A stretch of DNA of 64,000 bases from an uncultured Gammaproteobacteria bacterium. GTDB lineage: Bacteria; Patescibacteriota; Microgenomatia; JALYQM01. Position numbers and translations under genes: made by a program. Each line of letters begins with the position of its first letter. Within the stretch, counting starts at the first letter, position 1. Below, one piece after another: positions 59,195-64,000 of this stretch. The stretch is taken from positions 332,456 to 396,455 of the forward strand of contig CAYOFQ010000001.1 of the NCBI GenBank assembly GCA_964403585.1. The letters run 5' to 3'. The notes under the pieces are model-generated. The model ran no database searches. It was not told the DNA's origin and was given only the letters and a program-made list of their open reading frames with translations.

Positions 59195-59869
59195 GTGTAC
59201 CTGACACACAAAACCGCATCAATAAATCCGGTTGATATCGCAGCACAAATTCGGGATCAAATTCCTGAATTGGACGTAATCACCACAATTTCAACCAAAT
59301 ATTACACTAGGATCGAAGAAATTAATCAGATCCTGGCGTTGGCCGAAGATACTGCCATTCAAAACATTTTAATCGTCAGCGGGGCCAAAAAGGGACCGGT
59401 TGACTCCGTCATGGTGCTGAGGCAAGCCAATCGTACCAAACTGAATTTATGTTGTGTCTATAATCCGTATCTATCTGACGAGCAGTTAAACACCGAACAA
59501 CAACGCCTGCAAAATAAAATGAGCAACCCGAGCCTCAGCGGAGTATTCCTGCAAATCGGAACAGATACTGCTCGACTCGAAAACGGGATACAGTACATCC
59601 GCACAATTCAGCCTGCTGCACACATCGGTACCAGTCTATTGTTCCCCAACCGGGAGTGTCTTGAACATCTTAAACAACGACCGTGGGGAGATGTGCAATT
59701 TGAAAACCGGTATCTTAATGACCTATCGTATGCGCTAACTAAAACAGGCGCGATCTACAGGGCAGCACTACAACTCAGGCTTGAAATGCTAATTCAGTTA
59801 TTACCATTAAATGAAAAAAATCTTGAAGAGTTCCTTATTTGGAAAAACGGGCAGAACCTCTACAATTAA
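59195..59869 (+). CDS. Hypothetical protein (weak resemblance to a MetF-like TIM-barrel N-terminus). The true start is probably upstream, near 59096, after a strong AGGAGG.
   Basis: The reading frame is open from 59084. AGGAGG at 59083-59088 directly follows the Ppx stop. The track ORF begins at a GTG at 59195. Confidence 0.35.
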   Translation: MYLTHKTASINPVDIAAQIRDQIPELDVITTISTKYYTRIEEINQILALAEDTAIQNILIVSGAKKGPVDSVMVLRQANRTKLNLCCVYNPYLSDEQLNTEQQRLQNKMSNPSLSGVFLQIGTDTARLENGIQYIRTIQPAAHIGTSLLFPNRECLEHLKQRPWGDVQFENRYLNDLSYALTKTGAIYRAALQLRLEMLIQLLPLNEKNLEEFLIWKNGQNLYN

Positions 59870-59877
59870 AACAGGCT

Positions 59878-60435
59878 ATGGAGATTCTTATTGTAGATAA
59901 TGGTTCCTTCTATTTGGACAAACTGGTCAGTCTGCTTCCCAGTTGTACAATTCAAATTGTTAGCTATCCCAATTTAAAAACTGTTAATGCCAAAAAATTT
60001 GATGGGGTTATATTGAGCGGAGGGCATAGCCTTTCTATCGTAGGTCATGACGAAGCCTACAGTGGAGAGCTCAAGCTTATTAAATCAATAGCGGTTCCCC
60101 TACTTGGAATCTGCCTAGGCTGCGAACTGATTGCCTTCGCCTACGATACACAGCTAACACGATTGGAAAAAGAAGAGCGGGGAGTACTTAGTGTGGAAAT
60201 GATTAAGAAGGATCATATCTTCCATAATATCCACGATTTAAAAGTCTATGAAGCGCATCGGTGGGCCATCAAACAGACACCGACCGAACTGATACCACTA
60301 GCGTTATCTCAAGACGGAGTTGAAGTATTTAAACATAAGACTAAGTGCCTCTATGGCGTACAGTTTCATCCCGAGGCCTTCGTGGAAGAAACCACCGCTT
60401 CTCAGATACTTACCAATTTTTTCCATTTTTTATGA
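59878..60435 (+). CDS. Class-I glutamine amidotransferase (GATase1) domain protein
   Basis: MEILIVDNGS…, catalytic GICLGCELIAFAY, and GVQFHPE (His/Glu region). Start taken at the internal Met; the track ORF starts at 59839. Confidence 0.7.
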   Translation: MEILIVDNGSFYLDKLVSLLPSCTIQIVSYPNLKTVNAKKFDGVILSGGHSLSIVGHDEAYSGELKLIKSIAVPLLGICLGCELIAFAYDTQLTRLEKEERGVLSVEMIKKDHIFHNIHDLKVYEAHRWAIKQTPTELIPLALSQDGVEVFKHKTKCLYGVQFHPEAFVEETTASQILTNFFHFL

Positions 60436-61198
60436 ACTGAAAAAATGAAAATACGCCCAGCCACTGTTCCAAAGTCAATTCATGTGGCGTAGCAGTAATC
60501 GAAAAGTTGAAGTCCTTAGCCAATCGCTTCCATTGCGTATACGTAAATAGTTCTTTCATTCCGATTTTCAAGTTCTTTTTCCAGCGGCCGAATGCGTATC
60601 GGATGAAATCTGTATAAGCTTTTTCCTCAGTTTTTTGTACCAGGGGCGTAGCCCGCTTGGTTATCTGTAGTAAAACTACCTCAACACGGGGAGGCGGGTA
60701 AAAATCATTGTGTTTAAAATGGTAAAGAATAGTGAGGTCAAACCATGGACCGGCCAGGAGCGAAAACTGAGTAGAACCATTCGATCCTGAAAATTTCACA
60801 GCAGCTTCTTTTTGCAGGATGAGGAAAGCTCTTTCGGGAGAATGGGCGGAATAGAGCAGTTTGTAGAGTATATCGGCAGTTATATGAAACGGTATGTTTG
60901 CAAATACCTGATACGGAAAAGTAGGTAAGGTCATTGAACGGAAATCCGCATGAACAAACTCAACCGAGGGGCAGTCGGTAAACTCAGAGAGCATTTTTCT
61001 GTATAACCGTGTATCCAGTTCAACTGCAATAACTTTCTTACAATTGCCATGCAAAGCACGAGTAATCGCACCCGTGCCTGCTCCGATATCAATAACAGTA
61101 TCATCCCGGGTGAATTGCGCCTGTGTAACTAGGCGCCTAACCAGTTCAGGGTTAATCAGAAAATTTTGTGATAGTTGTTTTCGCTTAAAAGACATCAT
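60410..61198 (-). CDS. rRNA adenine N6,N6-dimethyltransferase family (KsgA/RsmA or Erm-like)
   Basis: LSQNFLINPELVRRLV, SAM-binding VIDIGAGTGAITRAL, catalytic-loop FANIPFHITADIL (N[IL]P[YF]). The C-terminal domain is more Erm-like than KsgA-like. Confidence 0.8.
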   Translation of the reverse strand: MMSFKRKQLSQNFLINPELVRRLVTQAQFTRDDTVIDIGAGTGAITRALHGNCKKVIAVELDTRLYRKMLSEFTDCPSVEFVHADFRSMTLPTFPYQVFANIPFHITADILYKLLYSAHSPERAFLILQKEAAVKFSGSNGSTQFSLLAGPWFDLTILYHFKHNDFYPPPRVEVVLLQITKRATPLVQKTEEKAYTDFIRYAFGRWKKNLKIGMKELFTYTQWKRLAKDFNFSITATPHELTLEQWLGVFSFFQFIKNGKNW

Positions 61199-61391
61199 AC
61201 CCTCCTATTAGGTACAAAAAAACCAGCTTCTACCGCGAACTGGCTACTAAAGAGCTAATAGGAAAGTATATTTAGATAGATAAATTAAGCACAATAAATA
61301 ACCAGTGTTGGCTGCAGTGAATGAATATGGTTATTTAATTACTGAATTCATCACGGGTAATTATAGCACAAATAAGCTCAAAAGGCAATCT

Positions 61392-62801
61392 TTATACTCT
61401 TTTCCATGTCCCGGATTTTCCGTCAATTTGAAGCATCGTTCCATCCGCAAGCCCAACCGCATCACTGGCAACAAGCGCCGGTATCTTAAATTCTCTGGCT
61501 ACAATTGCGCCATGCGAGGTCTGTCCGCCTGACAGAAAAATTATACCCGCACATTTGGGATAGAGCATCGTAAAATCGGTACTCGAATTAGGAAAAATTC
61601 CAACGGATCCTGAAGGAATTTCATCAAAAGGGGAGCGTATCACAAATACCGGACCGGTCACTTCACCAGCCGATACTGCCATTCCTTTCCCGTGATCATG
61701 AGAAGTTACAGGCTGTGATTCTGCCTGAGTTTTTTCACCAGGTGCTTGTGTGGGTATAACTGATCCCTGCAGCAGATCATCGCGTGAATAATACTCCATC
61801 TCCTTACCTACCCGCCGAACAATATGTTTCCTCAGGGCATCAATTCCCAGCAAAGCTCGTCTTCTGGCTTCAGATCGTAGTATTTGTAACCGTATTACCG
61901 CTTGGACATAGTCATCTACTTTTTTCGCTACATTTAATGTACCTGGCGAACTTATTTCCGGAGGAGGCGCTATATTTTTGAACATATGTTTGTGCAGTTC
62001 ATCACGTTCTTCATACCAGCGTGGACACGCAATCTCATAATCCTTTCTGGCGCGAATACCATAATGTTCCAGGTATTCGTCAAATGTCATTTTTCCTTCC
62101 CTAACTTTAGATTGATGAGAAAGTGAAGTAAAAAACCAGTCGTTAAGTGCAACCTGCGAGCCAATGTATCCTAATACCTCATGCAGTTGACCACTTTTAG
62201 TGAGTTCTTGTTCAATAAGCCGCGAGTAAAATTCGCACAGTGCTCCCACGGCGATAACCGAGGGCCAAATAGTATCGGACAAATGTACATCAACTTCCTG
62301 AAGGGATTGCTCGGATAACCGCTCGGGCATTAATTGAATAAATTCCTTGGCACGCTCAACTGCTTTCTGGGGGGAAGCAATAAGTTCCGATTGATACAAG
62401 ACAATTTTTATTGTGTTCACTAAGCAGCGCGGAGAAAGGATTTTGCTGTACTTTATTCTGAGGCTGGGTAGGGAATGAATATTCTGTTGCGGTGTATACG
62501 CAAACAAAGTTGAGGAATACAAAGTTTTCTCTTCTGCCAGCAGATCAACTAACAGTTCTCCGTTAACAAGGGTAACGAGTGGGGCATCAGTTTTCTCATA
62601 GGGAAGACCCAGAAGGCTCATTGCTTTTCCTAAACTGCCGTTTCCGCGAAACCAGTGACTTAAGAAAGAATAAGTTAACCGGGACGGACGGGAGACCGTT
62701 TCAGCCAAACCTCCGGAGTACAGAAAAACGGGGTTTGAATCTGGTGTTTGTGAAGGCATACAAATATAATACGCGTATGACGCGTAAAGTTCTATTATCA
62801 A
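61392..62801 (-). CDS. PEP-utilizing-enzyme mobile (phospho-His swivel) domain protein with a PEP-synthase/PPDK-N-like N-terminal region. Lacks the C-terminal PEP/pyruvate TIM barrel.
   Basis: C-terminal GEVTGPVFVIRSPFDEIPSGSVGIFPNSSTDFTMLYPKCAGIIFLSGGQTSHGAIVAREFKIPALVASD…IDGKSGT matches the phosphohistidine swivel-domain consensus (…GG.tSHaAIvARE.giP.vvg…). The upstream TFDEYLEHYGIRARKDYEIACPRWYEE resembles the linker region of PEP-synthase-like/rifampin-phosphotransferase-like proteins. Confidence 0.6.
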   Translation of the reverse strand: MIIELYASYAYYICMPSQTPDSNPVFLYSGGLAETVSRPSRLTYSFLSHWFRGNGSLGKAMSLLGLPYEKTDAPLVTLVNGELLVDLLAEEKTLYSSTLFAYTPQQNIHSLPSLRIKYSKILSPRCLVNTIKIVLYQSELIASPQKAVERAKEFIQLMPERLSEQSLQEVDVHLSDTIWPSVIAVGALCEFYSRLIEQELTKSGQLHEVLGYIGSQVALNDWFFTSLSHQSKVREGKMTFDEYLEHYGIRARKDYEIACPRWYEERDELHKHMFKNIAPPPEISSPGTLNVAKKVDDYVQAVIRLQILRSEARRRALLGIDALRKHIVRRVGKEMEYYSRDDLLQGSVIPTQAPGEKTQAESQPVTSHDHGKGMAVSAGEVTGPVFVIRSPFDEIPSGSVGIFPNSSTDFTMLYPKCAGIIFLSGGQTSHGAIVAREFKIPALVASDAVGLADGTMLQIDGKSGTWKRV

Positions 62802-63073
62802 GTATCATGCTCAGTGGTCTTTTATTTTTTCCCAAACCTGCCCACGCCATTATTTTTCTGCCGGCTTTAATTCTCATCCCAATTGCCAAACTGGTTGCCC
62901 TGATAATCGGCGGACTTTCTATCCCGGCATTGTCCCTGGGGGCTCTCTGGAGCAGATTAACGCAAAAGTCACTAAAAAGAACCAGTATTGTTATTGTCGG
63001 TGCGCTGGTTGTTCTGGCAATACTTGTAGCGATAGTACTCAAAATTGAGAATCCCGATCGTCCGCTCTTTTAA
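62777..63073 (+). CDS. Small hypothetical membrane protein (98 aa)
   Basis: ATG at 62777. Signal/TM-like MTRKVLLSSIMLSGLLFFPKPAHA plus two further hydrophobic helices. Its 5' end conflicts with the longest start of the divergent PEP-utilizer gene. Confidence 0.3.
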   Translation: MTRKVLLSSIMLSGLLFFPKPAHAIIFLPALILIPIAKLVALIIGGLSIPALSLGALWSRLTQKSLKRTSIVIVGALVVLAILVAIVLKIENPDRPLF

Positions 63074-63954
63074 TCTTGAATGAACTCCACTAATCCGAAC
63101 CCGGGATCGGAAGTGCCATCGGCTTTTTTTACCTCGCCCTGTACATGTCCCATAAACCACACATAGGAGATCCCCGGATATTTATCAAACTGATTAACTA
63201 CCGAAAGCTGCAATGTTTCTGATAGAGGCGCTCCGAGACCCAAGGTGAACAGTTTTGGAGCCTTAGGCGCATCATGTCGCGCATCTACTTTAAATGTTTT
63301 GATGACATTCCCATCAGAGGATTCCCGAACCCCAATCTCATGCGTCTGGTAAATCTCGGTCGGCTTCGCCACACTGGTCTTATCCACATGATAAAAATTG
63401 CCGCTTTGATCCCAGAACGCAGTCCAGTCGGTTGTTACGCCAAGCGGCGTAGTGTAGAACTGGATTGCCGAGGCATTAGAGGAATAAATGCGCGTATATA
63501 AAACAAATGCTTCATGGCGTGTACCATTGATTGTCAGCGAACCCTCTCCGCGCGACATAAATTTGGTGTAACCGGGTAAACTGCGCATACCAATCTCATT
63601 GGCAAGAGTACCGGTAACAAAATCTATAGTCGTCCCGTTAACAGAAAAACCGCCAATAGCACTTTGTTTTAATACCCTGGAAGGGTCGTAGGTTATTTGC
63701 CACTTTCTTAATAAGCTCGTAGTAACTACTGCAGAGTCTTTTGTTTTGAGTGTATCGATTTTTCGTACCCATTTAGAGCCATCAAAATAGCTTATTCTGG
63801 CTGATTGCGTATATCCGTCTTGTACTTCAGCGCGCGCAACTGTCGAAGCAATCGTATAGCGCGGCTCAGTTTTACTCATCAGAATAGCCGTATCTTCAAA
63901 GTAAAATTTGTCCGGCAGAAATTGGGTTGTCAATTCGGCAGACCCGGTGGCCAC
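63070..63954 (-). CDS. Hypothetical protein, probably 5'-truncated by the window edge
   Basis: Long minus-strand ORF. The frame stays open upstream of the first Met toward position 64000. No family recognised. Confidence 0.4.
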   Translation of the reverse strand: MATGSAELTTQFLPDKFYFEDTAILMSKTEPRYTIASTVARAEVQDGYTQSARISYFDGSKWVRKIDTLKTKDSAVVTTSLLRKWQITYDPSRVLKQSAIGGFSVNGTTIDFVTGTLANEIGMRSLPGYTKFMSRGEGSLTINGTRHEAFVLYTRIYSSNASAIQFYTTPLGVTTDWTAFWDQSGNFYHVDKTSVAKPTEIYQTHEIGVRESSDGNVIKTFKVDARHDAPKAPKLFTLGLGAPLSETLQLSVVNQFDKYPGISYVWFMGHVQGEVKKADGTSDPGFGLVEFIQD

Positions 63955-64000
63955 GGCATTGCTCGGAACCGGGGTCGCTAATGGTAGGGAGTCTTTCTCA

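Noticed and set aside
61199-61391. Weak hairpin plus A7 tract between the PEP-utilizer and methyltransferase genes as an intrinsic terminator
   Set aside because: The stem is only about 4 bp (CCAG/CTGG). It is insufficient to call, and read-through into the methyltransferase gene is equally plausible.

Overview
This 64-kb window reads as a low-to-mid GC (~43-45% by eye) bacterial chromosome segment with a small-genome character. Its composition and gene content resemble Candidate Phyla Radiation / Saccharibacteria-like organisms, but that is an inference from composition only. Genes are densely packed, often overlap by a few nucleotides, and many carry strong AGGAGG-type ribosome-binding sites.

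Confidently recognisable genes:
- Transcription: rpoB-rpoC at 19.3-26.5 kb, followed by a hairpin plus T-run terminator.
- Cell wall: murA and mltG, then the block murF-ddl-EEP hydrolase-pgeF-alr.
- Nucleotide metabolism: an adenylate-kinase-family gene divergent from rpoB.
- Helicase: a HelD-like UvrD-family helicase.
- Transport: an ABC-2 exporter (ATPase plus two permeases) and an MsbA-type ABC exporter.
- Secreted or surface proteins: a GH26 enzyme with Ig-like and FN3 domains, a cupredoxin-like lipoprotein, and a membrane-anchored staphylococcal-type nuclease.
- Peptidase and repair: an M32 carboxypeptidase and a 3-methyladenine DNA glycosylase.
- Sugar metabolism (39.7-48.8 kb): four GT4 glycosyltransferases (one sucrose-phosphate-synthase-like), a GH13 alpha-glucosidase, a HAD-IIB phosphatase and a large putative glycoside hydrolase.
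- Signalling: a histidine kinase, a P-loop protein and an OmpR-family response regulator.
- Others: a SerB-like HAD phosphatase, a KamA/EpmB radical-SAM aminomutase, a CPBP protease, a Ppx/GppA-family protein, a class-I glutamine amidotransferase, a KsgA/Erm-family rRNA adenine dimethyltransferase, and a PEP-utilizer swivel-domain protein.

I found no rRNA, tRNA, CRISPR array or obvious transposase.

The most interesting region is 30.8-37.3 kb, a pair of divergent, mildly GC-elevated operons of mostly unrecognisable proteins:
- an atypical regulator with a C-terminal OmpR-type winged helix but no receiver domain;
- a 392-aa protein with a possible nucleotidyltransferase-like GS...DxD signature;
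- a Cys-rich lipoprotein;
- a 544-aa protein I cannot place in any family;
- an ABC-type ATPase fused to a non-canonical N-terminal domain.
I flag this as the best candidate for an undescribed system.

Other points of interest are a sharply GC-rich (~55%) orphan ORF at 50.86-51.25 kb, a three-repeat topoisomerase-type zinc-ribbon protein, and an actin-like ATPase fused through a single TM helix to an extracellular domain.

All functional calls come from motif recognition by eye. No database search was run.
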